Assembly: GCA_037443365.1 (NCBI GenBank)
Contig: JBBIOM010000015.1
Span: forward strand, 1-48,114
Length of the DNA: 48,114 bases
Reading direction: 5' to 3'
From: Armatimonadota bacterium
Lineage (GTDB): Bacteria; Sysuimicrobiota; Sysuimicrobiia; Sysuimicrobiales; Humicultoraceae
The notes below the pieces were generated by a model. That model made no database searches and had not been told where the DNA came from. It worked only from the letters and a program-made list of their open reading frames with translations. Position 1 is the stretch's first letter. Every line of letters starts with the position of its first letter. Positions 27,490 to 37,851 of this stretch are shown piece after piece. A program made the position numbers and the translations under genes.

Positions 27490-30400
27490 TTCAATCCTGG
27501 CCGGCCCTGCGCTGGCCGGCTATCGTCTGGGTCGTCGGGCTGGGTGGTCTGGCGCCGGAGCCGCGCTATGTACAGGCGCGCGGCCGCCGACATCGAGGCG
27601 GCACGCGCCGCGGCCTCGGCCTCGTCCTCAATGCGCCACCTGTCGGCGGCGTCGTACTGCACGTCTTCGGGAGTCGGGGCTCTCCTGCTGAGGCCTGCGG
27701 CCATCGCTGCCAGGAGCCCGAGGTTCTGCTCGATCGCCGGTAGCCGGCGGAGCGTCACCTCGAGCGCAAATCCGGCCAGGGCCAGCGTACCAAGCAGGGG
27801 CCACAGCGGCACCGGCCTGCGCTCGGGCGAGGATGGCGGCGCCAGCGCCTCGGCGGGTGACACCACCACGCGCGCGCCAGCAACCTCAACCATGTGCGCG
27901 ATTACCGCGCGGTTCAATCCAACGCGTCGCAGCTCGGGCGAATAGGGCACGGCCAGCGGAAGCACGGAGGTGCCGGCGAGAAGACCCCCTTCGGATGCGC
28001 TCACCCTCACGAGGTATGCGCCCGGAGGCGGGAGCGCCAGGTCGGCCTCGTACCAGCCGGGCCGGGTCTGCACGAGGGGGGCCGACAAAGTGCCGACGCG
28101 CTCGCCGGTGAGCGTGGCCGCGGCTTCCCACTGCACGTGGGGGGTGCCGTCGGCCGCACGCGCGTCGAGCACGATGCGCACCGAATCGCCGGTCGACTCG
28201 ACGTGGGCGTCCAGCGATCCGGCAGGGCGGCTGGACGCCCACCGCACGGCCTGGGACCAGAGACGCCCGGCCCCTGCCCAGGCGCGCCAGGGCGAGGTCC
28301 AGCGGAAACGCGCGTCGGTGGTGATCGCCACGGCCCTTCCGGCACCGTAGCTCCACACTGCCAGGATCGGATCATCCTGGTGCGAGAGCAGGACCACCTC
28401 CGCTGACGGCTTGGGCAGCGTCGCCAGATACCCGAGCAGCGGCGGGAGCGGGCCCAGGTCATCCACCAGGGCCGAGGCGCCTGCTACACGGGGGGTGAAG
28501 CGTTCCTCCACGACGTACGAGCGCGTGGCCAGGAGCGCCTCGGCCGCGAGGATCCGAGGTATGCTGTACGCGTCCCTTGCGACGTACGCGCGGCCGCGTC
28601 CCCAGGCGGCTATGCTGCGCATAATCTCGATGTCGGCGTCGCGCCCGATGGCGACCGTGCTCACCGTCACTCGCTCCGAGACAAGCGCCGTGGCAAGACC
28701 GCGGAAGTCGCCCGGATCGGTCTGACCGTCGGAGAGCACGATGATGTGCTTGACCCTGGCTTCGACCTTGTGCAGGGCATCGCGCGCGGATGCGAGCGCA
28801 GGGTACAGGTTGGTGCCCCCGCCGGCCCGAATGCGCCCCACCGCCTCGAGTATGTGCGCCCGCTGCGAGGCCGGGGTGGGCTGCACGAGCCAGCGGGGTG
28901 TCTGGTCAAACGCGAGCACGCCGACCAGATCGTTCTCACCCAGCAGATCCACCACCGACTGGGCCGTCTCCTTGGCCAGCTCTACCTTGGCGATCTCGTT
29001 GCCGAACCCCCCCATGCTTCCGGACGCATCGAGAACCAGGACCACGGCCATCGTGGGTATCGCAAGGCGGTGGCGCACATCCATGCTGACCGGAAGCACT
29101 TCCTCTAGCGGAGTCCCGGCATACCCGCCGATGCCGAAGCTGTGGGCTCCGCCCAGCGCCACCAGACCGCCCCCTCCGAGCCGCACGTGGTCGCGCAGCG
29201 CGGCCATCTGCTGCCTGGAGAGCAGATAGGCCGGCACGTCATCGAGCACAACTGCCCCGGCTCCTTGGTACCCCGCGACCGACGCCGGAAGCATGGCGGG
29301 CGAGACGATTCGCACCCGGAGGCGCTGCGCTTCCAGCAGGCCCGCCAGCGGGCCGGGCGGCGCGCCGGCGTAGATGATGGTCGGGCGTCCGGCAACGAGC
29401 CCGAGCGCGAAGGCACGGTTGTTCCCGGGCTCGGCGTCCGGGGAGGCATCGATCGTGGCGTCTATCCTGAGCAACCCGGGCTGCGAGGCCAGCACGTCCA
29501 GGTCCAAGACGGTGCGGCCCGCGCGCAGGTTCATCTCCTGCGCGAGCAGGAGCGTGCCGTTGGCGCGGACGCGCAGCTCGACCTCGGCCGGCGCACTTGC
29601 CAGCAAGGCCACGGTGACCGGCACCCGCTCCCCCACGGCCGCCAGGGCTGGAACCGTCACGTGGTCCACCAGGACATCAGGGCCGGGATCGGGTGCCACC
29701 GGCACCACCACCAGGTCAACGCCGCTGGCGCGCACGGCTGCCAGAGCAGGCGCAAGGTCTCCTGCGTTGGCCTGGCCATCGGTGAGCAGCACGAGCCGTC
29801 GCGCCGCGCCCGCAGGGAAGGCCGGGATGGCGCGCTGTATGGCCGCAGCGATGTTGGTGCCGTCGGTCCGCGGACGCGACGCCATCGCCAGCCTGGGCTG
29901 CTCGGACGGCGCCTCCTCCAGCTGGGCGTCGGCCCCGAAGGTCACGAGCCCGACGCGCGTGCCCACCCCTGCCATGGATCGCGCCTCGTCCACGAACGCG
30001 CGCAGCCGGCGCTCGCCTTCAGGCCCCATGCTGTCGGAGCGGTCGGCGGCAAGGACCACCGTCAGATCTCCCACTGCTGCCCGGATCTCGATCCCGGCAA
30101 GGCCCAGCACCAGCAGCGCGATCACGCCTGTCCTCAGGACAGCCAGATTCCTCCGCCGTCGCGGACGCGGCGGCAGGCTGCGCTTCCACAACCACCACTC
30201 CGCCGCGACTAAGGCCGCCGCCGCCCCGAGCAGGTGGCGTGACAGCGGGAGGTGGGCTGCTGACCGCGCCGCCGCCAACTCGATGGGGCGCTCAAGCGGC
30301 GCGACCTCCAGATGCGATTCGCGCGCCTCCACGGCGGACACCAACCATCGCCGCTCCCACCCGCCTGTGCGGAGGTGGTAGGCGCCCACGCGGTCGAGCG

Positions 30401-31934
30401 GCGGCAGGACGAACACGCCGTCCCTGGCCGGCACCCGACGCACGCCGCCTGCGGGATCGCGCAACCTGGCCTCGCTCCAGGAGCCGGCCAGCACCACCGG
30501 GGAGGCGCCGGGCGCCAGGGTCACGCTGCCGCCGGCGAGCCACTCCAGCGTGTTGGCGACCAGCACCGGAAAGGCGGCGCTTGCCGGCAGGTCGCTCGCC
30601 GCCAGCGCGAACGGCAGTACCACCGCCCGTATGCCTCGTCCTTCATAGACCCACAACAGCGGCGTCTCGCCCTCGGCAAGCACGGTGCCGGCCTGGGGCC
30701 GCAGCGTCATGGCCTCCCCCACGCGTACGCCGAGCAGATCCACCATGCGCGTGATGCGATGCGTGGCTGACGCCGACCGGACCACTTGCTCGACGGCGCT
30801 GGCCCCGATGCGCACGGGGAGGTTCGTCCCGACCGTGCCGATCAACAGGTAGGCGCCCGGAGGCAGCTCGAGTGGCGGCACGCGGTCAAGCACCACCACA
30901 TCGGCCCCGGCCCACTGTGAGGGCGCAGCCCTGTCGCCGCGCGAGACCCCTGCGAGGGGAACGGCCCGGAGCACCGCGTCCAGCACCGGGTTGTCCTCGC
31001 CTATCACAAGGACACGCGGCTGCCATTCCGGCCCGACCGCCGCGACGGCCCGGTCGTCTGCGACGAGCGCGTCGCTTCCGCCCAGCGAGACCGCTACCTC
31101 GCCGCTGATCTCGCCCAGGTCAAAGACGACGGTCTGGGGAGCATCAGGGGTCAGCCGCAGCGTCCGGCGGGCGATTGTCCTGCCACCGACCGCTGCAACC
31201 AGTTCCCTATCAGCGAAGCCCCCACCGAAGGCCTCGACCCTTGCCAGGAGCCGGGTCCGGCCCAGGGCATCGGTGCGCGCGTGCAACGCGGTCACCGCCG
31301 CGTTGGGCGCCCCGCGCCCGATCCGGTGCCAGCGCACGCGCGGATCGGATGGGGGTTGGTCGCTGAAGAGGTGTACCGATGCGGCCCGCCCGTTCGCGCG
31401 CAGCCCGGCGGCCAGCATGAGCGCTTCAGCGATCGAGTCCCCTGCGTCGGACGCCGCAAGGCCGTCCAGCGCCCTTCGCAGCGCGGCGCGATCAGTCGTG
31501 AACTCGACGAGCACGCCAGGACGTGCGCCCGCCTCAACGAGGGCGGCCATCTGGCCCGGGGCTAGCCCGTCCAGCAGCGCCCGGGCCTCCTGCTGCGCTG
31601 CGGCCATGCGGCTGGGGGAGACGTCCGTCGCCTGCATGCTGGCGCTCGTGTCCACAACCAGGGCCGCGGCGCTGCCGGCGAGGCCGGGGAGCGTTATTGA
31701 AGGCCGGGCAAGCGCCAGCGCCAGCAGGGCCACCGCCAGCACCTGGAGCAGCAGGAGCACGTTGCGCTCGAGCCGGCGCACCGGATTCCGCGCCACCAGG
31801 TCGCGCGCCGCGCGCTCCCACAGCAGCGTGCTGGGGACCACGCGGGGCTCCCGCCTTGCGCGCAGCATGTAGAGCAGGACGAGCAGCGGGATGACGGCCA
31901 GCCACCAGAGCGCCCCCGGCGCGCCGAGCACCAT
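27486..31934 (-). CDS. membrane protein with BatA N-terminus, three VWA domains and a GATase-like domain (1482 aa)
   Basis: BatA double TM (PSTLLW, ALARP); MIDAS DTSAS, DRSDS, DASGS; GGGLVALGG...LEEVLPV; internal and C-terminal TM. Confidence 0.9.
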   Translation of the reverse strand: MVLGAPGALWWLAVIPLLVLLYMLRARREPRVVPSTLLWERAARDLVARNPVRRLERNVLLLLQVLAVALLALALARPSITLPGLAGSAAALVVDTSASMQATDVSPSRMAAAQQEARALLDGLAPGQMAALVEAGARPGVLVEFTTDRAALRRALDGLAASDAGDSIAEALMLAAGLRANGRAASVHLFSDQPPSDPRVRWHRIGRGAPNAAVTALHARTDALGRTRLLARVEAFGGGFADRELVAAVGGRTIARRTLRLTPDAPQTVVFDLGEISGEVAVSLGGSDALVADDRAVAAVGPEWQPRVLVIGEDNPVLDAVLRAVPLAGVSRGDRAAPSQWAGADVVVLDRVPPLELPPGAYLLIGTVGTNLPVRIGASAVEQVVRSASATHRITRMVDLLGVRVGEAMTLRPQAGTVLAEGETPLLWVYEGRGIRAVVLPFALAASDLPASAAFPVLVANTLEWLAGGSVTLAPGASPVVLAGSWSEARLRDPAGGVRRVPARDGVFVLPPLDRVGAYHLRTGGWERRWLVSAVEARESHLEVAPLERPIELAAARSAAHLPLSRHLLGAAAALVAAEWWLWKRSLPPRPRRRRNLAVLRTGVIALLVLGLAGIEIRAAVGDLTVVLAADRSDSMGPEGERRLRAFVDEARSMAGVGTRVGLVTFGADAQLEEAPSEQPRLAMASRPRTDGTNIAAAIQRAIPAFPAGAARRLVLLTDGQANAGDLAPALAAVRASGVDLVVVPVAPDPGPDVLVDHVTVPALAAVGERVPVTVALLASAPAEVELRVRANGTLLLAQEMNLRAGRTVLDLDVLASQPGLLRIDATIDASPDAEPGNNRAFALGLVAGRPTIIYAGAPPGPLAGLLEAQRLRVRIVSPAMLPASVAGYQGAGAVVLDDVPAYLLSRQQMAALRDHVRLGGGGLVALGGAHSFGIGGYAGTPLEEVLPVSMDVRHRLAIPTMAVVLVLDASGSMGGFGNEIAKVELAKETAQSVVDLLGENDLVGVLAFDQTPRWLVQPTPASQRAHILEAVGRIRAGGGTNLYPALASARDALHKVEARVKHIIVLSDGQTDPGDFRGLATALVSERVTVSTVAIGRDADIEIMRSIAAWGRGRAYVARDAYSIPRILAAEALLATRSYVVEERFTPRVAGASALVDDLGPLPPLLGYLATLPKPSAEVVLLSHQDDPILAVWSYGAGRAVAITTDARFRWTSPWRAWAGAGRLWSQAVRWASSRPAGSLDAHVESTGDSVRIVLDARAADGTPHVQWEAAATLTGERVGTLSAPLVQTRPGWYEADLALPPPGAYLVRVSASEGGLLAGTSVLPLAVPYSPELRRVGLNRAVIAHMVEVAGARVVVSPAEALAPPSSPERRPVPLWPLLGTLALAGFALEVTLRRLPAIEQNLGLLAAMAAGLSRRAPTPEDVQYDAADRWRIEDEAEAAARAASMSAAARLYIARLRRQTTQPDDPDDSRPAQGRPGLK

Positions 31935-32821
31935 CAGGCGACGAGTCCCCCGCTGCGGAGGTGCCGGAGCACGAGGTCGCGGAACGGGACCGAGGTGGTC
32001 GCCCGCAGGTACTCCACACCCAGGGCCAGTGCAGTCCGCGCGACCTCATCGAAGTAGCGGTCGCGTGCGCGCGCGTACGCCGCCGCGGCCGCGGCGTCCG
32101 CGGTCACCTCGACCGCGAGGCCGGTCTCGCAGTCCACCAAACGCATGTCGCCTTCGAGTGAAGGAACCAGCTCGTCGTCGGAGAGCAGGTGCACCAGGAA
32201 CGGCTCAAAGCGGTGGTATCTGGCCAGGCGCAGGCCCGCCTCCACACCGTCGGGAAACATCAGATCCGAGATCACGACCAGGATTCCTCGTCTTCGGGTA
32301 CGGACCGCGTACTCCTCGAGCGCCGCCCGGAGGCTGCTCCTGCCTTCCGCGGCGGTTACCCCCAGGAACCTGAACAGGGTAAGCACGCCCGATCTACCCC
32401 GGCGCGGCGTCAGCGTGCGGACCGCATGGTCGTTGAAGATCACCGCGCCCACGCGGTCCAGGTTGGCCAGCCCTATGTAGCCGAGCGCGGCCGCGGCCCT
32501 GACCGCGTAGTCCAGTTTGGAGGGAGCCCCCCATCCCATCGAGCGGCTGGCGTCCACGAACAGGTGAACGCTTACGTCTTCCTCCTCGCTGAAGAGCTTC
32601 ACGAAGAGGCGGTCCAGGCGCGAGTAGATGTTCCAATCCACGTACCGGAAGTCGTCGCCCACCTGGTAGGGCCGGTAGTCGGCGAACTCCACACCGCGGC
32701 CCATCGTGGCGCTGCGGCGCTCACCCCGTACGCCGCTGCGGTACAGCCTGCGCGAGCGCAGCTTCAGGCGCTCGAGACGCGCCATGAACTCCGCGTCGAG
32801 CAGCAGCGGTGCCTCCATCAC
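31934..32821 (-). CDS. DUF58 domain protein
   Basis: GVEFADYRPYQVGDDFRYVDWN, DASRSM, ISD. Confidence 0.95.
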   Translation of the reverse strand: MMEAPLLLDAEFMARLERLKLRSRRLYRSGVRGERRSATMGRGVEFADYRPYQVGDDFRYVDWNIYSRLDRLFVKLFSEEEDVSVHLFVDASRSMGWGAPSKLDYAVRAAAALGYIGLANLDRVGAVIFNDHAVRTLTPRRGRSGVLTLFRFLGVTAAEGRSSLRAALEEYAVRTRRRGILVVISDLMFPDGVEAGLRLARYHRFEPFLVHLLSDDELVPSLEGDMRLVDCETGLAVEVTADAAAAAAYARARDRYFDEVARTALALGVEYLRATTSVPFRDLVLRHLRSGGLVA

Positions 32822-33813
32822 GGGCTCCAGGCGGCCGCCGGCGTCGAAGGGACCTCCGCCAGGATGCTGCGAATCACGTCGTCGGTCTCCACGCCTTCGG
32901 CCTCACCCTCGAAGTTGAGGATGAGGCGGTGCCGCAGTGCGCCCGGAGCAATGGCCTGGATGTCCTCGGTGCTTGCGTTGAACCGGCCCTCGGCCAGGGC
33001 GCGCACACGAGCCCCAAGCAGCAGCGCCTGAGCCCCCCTCGGGCTGCTGCCGTAGCGGACGTAGCGGCGGGCCAGAGATCCCGCGGATTCGTCACGGGAA
33101 TGGGTCGCGCGCACCAGCCTGGCGGCGTACTGCCGGACGTGGTCCGCGGCCGGCACCTCACGCGCCAGCGCCTGCATCGCCTTGATCTCGGGCCCGGTTG
33201 CCACGACGCCCGCAGCAGGCTGCGCCGGGCCCGTGGTCCGGTCCATGATCTCGACCAGCTCGCGCAACGTGGGGGATTCCAGCTTGAGCTTGAAGATGAA
33301 CCGGTCGATCTGCGCCTCGGGCAGAGGATAGGTTCCCTCCATCTCTATGGGGTTCTGCGTGGCCAGAACCAGGAAGGGCTCCTCCAGCGCGTAGGGACCG
33401 CCAGGTGCCGTCACGGTGCGCTCCTGCATCGCCTCCAGCAGCGCAGACTGCGTCTTGGGCGTCGCACGGTTGATCTCGTCGGCCAGCACGATCTGTGAGA
33501 AGATGGGCCCGCGCTGGAACTGGAAGTAGCGCCGCCCGTCGGCGTCCTGCACCACCACGTTCGTGCCGATGATGTCAGCCGGCATGAGGTCGGGCGTGAA
33601 CTGGATGCGCGAGTACCTGAGATCGAGGCACTGGGCCAGCGTCCTTACCAGAAGCGTCTTGCCCAGCCCCGGGACGCCCTCGAGCAGCACGTGGCCGTTG
33701 GAGAACAACGCGTAAAGCACGTGCTCGATCAGGACCTCGTGCCCGACTATGACGCGCTGAATCTCGCGGCGGATCGCGGCAAAGGTGGTTCGGAAGGCAG
33801 CGGCGTCCTTCAA
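32818..33813 (-). CDS. MoxR family AAA+ ATPase
   Basis: GVPGLGKT, RIQFTPDLMPAD, DEINRATPKTQSALLEAM, TQNPIEMEGTYPLPEAQ. Confidence 0.97.
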   Translation of the reverse strand: MKDAAAFRTTFAAIRREIQRVIVGHEVLIEHVLYALFSNGHVLLEGVPGLGKTLLVRTLAQCLDLRYSRIQFTPDLMPADIIGTNVVVQDADGRRYFQFQRGPIFSQIVLADEINRATPKTQSALLEAMQERTVTAPGGPYALEEPFLVLATQNPIEMEGTYPLPEAQIDRFIFKLKLESPTLRELVEIMDRTTGPAQPAAGVVATGPEIKAMQALAREVPAADHVRQYAARLVRATHSRDESAGSLARRYVRYGSSPRGAQALLLGARVRALAEGRFNASTEDIQAIAPGALRHRLILNFEGEAEGVETDDVIRSILAEVPSTPAAAWSP

Positions 33814-33842
33814 CGTATCGTCTCCTCGCCTGGCGCGGCGGT

Positions 33843-35426
33843 CTAGCGGGCCCCGGCCAGCGCCTCGAAGTACCTGCGTACTATCTCGCGGTATTCCGGC
33901 GGAATGCGCATGCGCGACATGTAGCGGTCGGCCTCGGCGCGTACGGCCTCGCTCGCGCGTCCGGGCGTCACCCGCACCGGGGCCGGCCTGCCGGGTCCGG
34001 GCAGATCCTCGGTGACGGCGCGCCCCTCGCCCTGCATGCCGCGGATGCGCGTTTGCGGGCGCTCTCCCTCGAGGCGCGGCGTGCGCTCTCCCTGCTTGTC
34101 CTGCGCGGTGCCCGTCCCAGCGGTGGAACCCTGGTTGGGACCGGGGGGCGGCGATTCCTCCTCGGGTCCCTCGCCCTGCTGCAACTGCCGCCTTCCCGGC
34201 GACGATCCGCTCGGCGCCACGGCGGCCTGGGAGGGGGGCTCGGTCTCGGGGGGCCCGCCGCCCCCGCGTGCTATGCGATCGGCCGACTTGCGCAGGCCGC
34301 GGCGCGCCTGCTCGAGGCCTTCCTCGTCGGCCAGCAGCGTGCGCAATTCCTCCATGTCGAGCGCGCCCTGACGCAGCGCCTGCCGCGCGGCCTTTGTGTC
34401 GCCCGCGGCCGCGCGCCGCCTGGCCTGCGCGGCCTGCTCTCGCCCGCGGGTCGGCACCTCTCCCTCACTCCCGCCCCGCGAGAGCGCCTCGAGCTGGCGC
34501 AGCAGCGAGCGTCGCTCCTCGGGAGAAGGGTTCTGGGCCAGCCGTTCCGCGATCTCCTGGAACTGCCTGATCGCCTGGTCCAGGGCGGCGCGTCGCCGGA
34601 ATAGCTGCTGCGGCAGGGCAGGGTCAGAGGCAGCCGGCTTCTCCTCTTGCTGGTCGCGCCTCGACCGCACTTGCCGGCGCGAGGCCTCGATCTGGCGACC
34701 CAGTGACTCTATGCGCGAGAGCGCCTCGCGTCGGTCCATCCGCTCGCGCTGCAGGTCCTCGCCCAACCGCCGAAGCGGATCCGCCAGGCGCCGGGCCACC
34801 GGGGCGCGCTCCAGGCGCGCCTGTTCGCTCATCGCGTCGGCAGCCCGCTCGATGCGGCGTCCTTCATGCCGTATGGTCTCCGCCACACGGCGCGCCGGCG
34901 TCCCAGGGACCGAGACCCCTGTGAGGAGCCAGCCGAGGGCGACCGTGAGCGCGGCCAGCCCCAGGGCGGCCCAGACCGCCGGCCCCGGGCGCCATCGCAG
35001 TCGGTCCTGCGGGGTTTCAGCCAGCACCCAGCGCGCGGTATCGGCCACGGCCGCCGGCGACAGCGCGCTGCCTGCGTGCGCCCCGGTCAGTATCTCGACC
35101 GCCGTCGCCGTGCGATCACGCCCCCCGAACCGGTGGTCCAGTACCTGTGCAGCCACAAGCGGGGGCACTCGCCACGCAACGGCGAGCAGCAGGAAGGCCA
35201 GCGCGCCGGCACCCAGCCCCAGCCCGCACAGCAGGGCGTAGGGCACGCTGATCGGGACGACCGCGCGCGCGAGTGTGAGTACCAGCACCGCCAGGATCCA
35301 GGCCAGGGCAGCCCGGCCGCTCCAATGCCAAGCGCGCCGCGCGGCCAGACGGCGGCGGGCCGCTCCGACTGCCGCACTGATCTCCTCGCGCCCTAGCGAG
35401 TCCGCTGTCCTGATCGAAGTGGCCAT
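33843..35426 (-). CDS. hypothetical membrane-anchored coiled-coil protein
   Basis: Three N-terminal TM helices around DRTATAVE, long coiled coil, Q/G/P-rich linker, IPPEYREIVRRYF C-terminus as recalled for MoxR-locus proteins. Confidence 0.85.
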   Translation of the reverse strand: MATSIRTADSLGREEISAAVGAARRRLAARRAWHWSGRAALAWILAVLVLTLARAVVPISVPYALLCGLGLGAGALAFLLLAVAWRVPPLVAAQVLDHRFGGRDRTATAVEILTGAHAGSALSPAAVADTARWVLAETPQDRLRWRPGPAVWAALGLAALTVALGWLLTGVSVPGTPARRVAETIRHEGRRIERAADAMSEQARLERAPVARRLADPLRRLGEDLQRERMDRREALSRIESLGRQIEASRRQVRSRRDQQEEKPAASDPALPQQLFRRRAALDQAIRQFQEIAERLAQNPSPEERRSLLRQLEALSRGGSEGEVPTRGREQAAQARRRAAAGDTKAARQALRQGALDMEELRTLLADEEGLEQARRGLRKSADRIARGGGGPPETEPPSQAAVAPSGSSPGRRQLQQGEGPEEESPPPGPNQGSTAGTGTAQDKQGERTPRLEGERPQTRIRGMQGEGRAVTEDLPGPGRPAPVRVTPGRASEAVRAEADRYMSRMRIPPEYREIVRRYFEALAGAR

Positions 35427-35435
35427 GGCAGCGTC

Positions 35436-36161
35436 CTAGGCCCCGCGGGCCTGTGCGCGCATCGCGCCCACCTGGCGCGCAATCAGACGGACGCCGAGAA
35501 ACGAGACGGCAAGATACACGGCGCACGCGACGCCAACTGCCGGGTGGGGTCCCTCGATCACGCCCTGCATCATGCGGATAGGGCTGGCCGCGCGCAGGGG
35601 CTCGGGCAGGGCCCCGGTTCCGGCAAACAGCGCGCCCAGGCCCGCCCAGTGCACGGCGCTGCGCGCGAACTCCGATGCGACACGGCCCCCCAGCCAGGCC
35701 CCCCAGACCGCTGCGGCAGCGGCCAGGGCGGCGGTTGGCACCCCGGCCAGGGCCACGGTTGCCGTCGCGCCGCCGCGCACGGTCGCGCCCAACACGATAA
35801 GGGGAAGCAGGATCGCCACGAGGTAGAGCGCGTACAGAGCGCCCGACTGCCACTTGCCAAGCGCTATTTCGTGTGCGGAGAATCCGGACACCGCCAGATC
35901 AGCGATGCCCTTCTCCCCTTCCATGCCCAACTCGGAAGAGGCCACGGCCGACGCAAGATAGGTGACAGCGAGCATCTGCGCCACAAGCAGCAGCGAGAGC
36001 ACCTCGGCGTCACGCAGACCGTACGCGCCAGCCTCCGCGGGAAGCGTGAGCAGCACAAGGGCGCCGAAGGCCGCCAGCAGGACGGTCTGCGTCCAGATGC
36101 CTCGGGGAGTGCCCAGCCGCATCCGCAGATCCCCACGGGCCACGGCGTTGATGACAGACAT
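35436..36161 (-). CDS. ABC-2-type permease-like membrane protein
   Basis: Six TM helices; EGEKGIADLAVSG...IALGKW resembles the ABC-2 coupling motif; GAGG RBS. Confidence 0.7.
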   Translation of the reverse strand: MSVINAVARGDLRMRLGTPRGIWTQTVLLAAFGALVLLTLPAEAGAYGLRDAEVLSLLLVAQMLAVTYLASAVASSELGMEGEKGIADLAVSGFSAHEIALGKWQSGALYALYLVAILLPLIVLGATVRGGATATVALAGVPTAALAAAAAVWGAWLGGRVASEFARSAVHWAGLGALFAGTGALPEPLRAASPIRMMQGVIEGPHPAVGVACAVYLAVSFLGVRLIARQVGAMRAQARGA

Positions 36162-36181
36162 GGCAATACCTCAGCCGCTGC

Positions 36182-37783
36182 TCACGGCGCGCCGAGGGGC
36201 ACCAGCACGAGCTGGAGCGGCGGCTCGGGCCTGCTGCCCCATCGGAGCCCGAATGCGGGATCACGCATCCATCCGAGCAGCCAGGCTTGCTCTCTTCTCA
36301 GTATATCATCGGCCTCCAGGCGCGCGAACGCCCATGCCATCAGGGCCGGGTTGGGGCCGGGGCGCCCCAGCCTGGCAGGGGCCTGCCACTGGCGCGCGTC
36401 GAGCGCGATCCGCGCTTCGCGCCCCACACGAGGTATGGCCTGGGCCATCCCGGCCGAGTATATCCATGCTGGCTCCAAGCCCTGTCCTGTACGGTTGACC
36501 ACGATGATCTCCGCGCCCCCGGCTGTGGCGGTGTAGGTCCCGGTGATCGGCAGCGGTACGATCGCTGCGCCGGTGAACAGGACGCCCGCCATGTCGCCCT
36601 CAACCGTGGTGCGCTCGGAGTGCAGGATCTGAACCCTCACCGGGACAGCTGGACGCAGCAGCAGGCGCGGCTCCGCCGCAACACCGCCGCCCTGAACTTG
36701 GGCCCGAGAAGGCCTGGCGGCCACCGTCAGCAGGGCGTGGCTGGTTCCCGGCAGCCCCTCGACCACGCTCGAGGCAGCCACGCCGGCGGTCGCCTCCCGG
36801 GCCAGCGCCGCGACTCGAAGCGCGCCAGCCGTGGCAAGACCAACCATCAGAACTGCCGCCATCACGCCTGCCGGCCGGACGGCGGCCAGCAATCTACTGA
36901 CGGCGCGGACTGCCAGGACATACGCCAGGATCACGCCAGCGATCGCGGCATGCGCCTGCGGCGGGACACCCCGGTCCTGCGGCACGGTGGCGTCGAGTCC
37001 GGGCGGCGCGGGCCTCGTGCTCTCTGCGAGTACCCGCTGCCATGCCTGCTCCAGGGCGGGTTGGCCGCGCTCCTTGAGGGCGGCCGCGTCGTGCTGCCAG
37101 ACTGCCACCCTGCCAAGACCCGTGCCACCTTCGGCGGCCGACGCCAGCACAGGCCCCAGCGTGGGACCGCGAATGTGCCGCAGGTCGTCGCCCGATGGCA
37201 TCGCCAGCAACCTGCCCCCGGACCACGCCCACTCAAGGATCGCCCGGCGCTGATGGTCGGTCACCCTGCGTTCATCCAGATCCCTGATGACGAGCAGCCG
37301 GACCGCCTGGTAGGGCTGCCAGGCCGCGGGCAGTGCCTCCTGCTCGACGTAGACCACCGCGAGCCCAGAGAAGCGCGCCGCGGCGGCCTCGATGCCCAGG
37401 GGTTCGGCGGACAAGACCACCACGATCTCGTCCGCGGGCCGCAGGCGCGGCAGGACGAGCGTATCCACCGTGCCTGAACCATCACGGAGCGTCACGGTAC
37501 CTGGGGAGCGCGCGTCATGGAAGACCGCGGGCACGAAGACCCGCAGCCGGGCCCCAGGCGCGGCGCGAACCGGCACCGCGAAGATCGGTCCAGCCTGACC
37601 CGCAGGGCCCGCAGTCTCGATCCTCAACGTTCCGTCCAGGCCGCCGGCCGGGGCCGTAACATCTACCCAGACCGGTGCCCAGGCGCCCAGCCGCACCTGC
37701 GCGTCGAACCCGGCGCCAGCAAGAGACAGGAAGCGGCCGGCCGGGGCATGGCCTGGCGCGGCACGGCCGGACGCGGCCAGCAC
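36182..37783 (-). CDS. hypothetical exported/membrane protein (Ig-like plus GATase-like region); true start uncertain
   Basis: GFDAQVRLGAWAPVWV, AILEWAWSGGRLL, central TM pair; fills the locus co-directionally. Confidence 0.75.
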   Translation of the reverse strand: MLAASGRAAPGHAPAGRFLSLAGAGFDAQVRLGAWAPVWVDVTAPAGGLDGTLRIETAGPAGQAGPIFAVPVRAAPGARLRVFVPAVFHDARSPGTVTLRDGSGTVDTLVLPRLRPADEIVVVLSAEPLGIEAAAARFSGLAVVYVEQEALPAAWQPYQAVRLLVIRDLDERRVTDHQRRAILEWAWSGGRLLAMPSGDDLRHIRGPTLGPVLASAAEGGTGLGRVAVWQHDAAALKERGQPALEQAWQRVLAESTRPAPPGLDATVPQDRGVPPQAHAAIAGVILAYVLAVRAVSRLLAAVRPAGVMAAVLMVGLATAGALRVAALAREATAGVAASSVVEGLPGTSHALLTVAARPSRAQVQGGGVAAEPRLLLRPAVPVRVQILHSERTTVEGDMAGVLFTGAAIVPLPITGTYTATAGGAEIIVVNRTGQGLEPAWIYSAGMAQAIPRVGREARIALDARQWQAPARLGRPGPNPALMAWAFARLEADDILRREQAWLLGWMRDPAFGLRWGSRPEPPLQLVLVPLGAP

Positions 37784-37851
37784 CGCGACCGCAAGGACGG
37801 CAATGACCGCGGGAGCGGCCCTGACAGACCTGGAACCGGGGTGTGCTCTAC

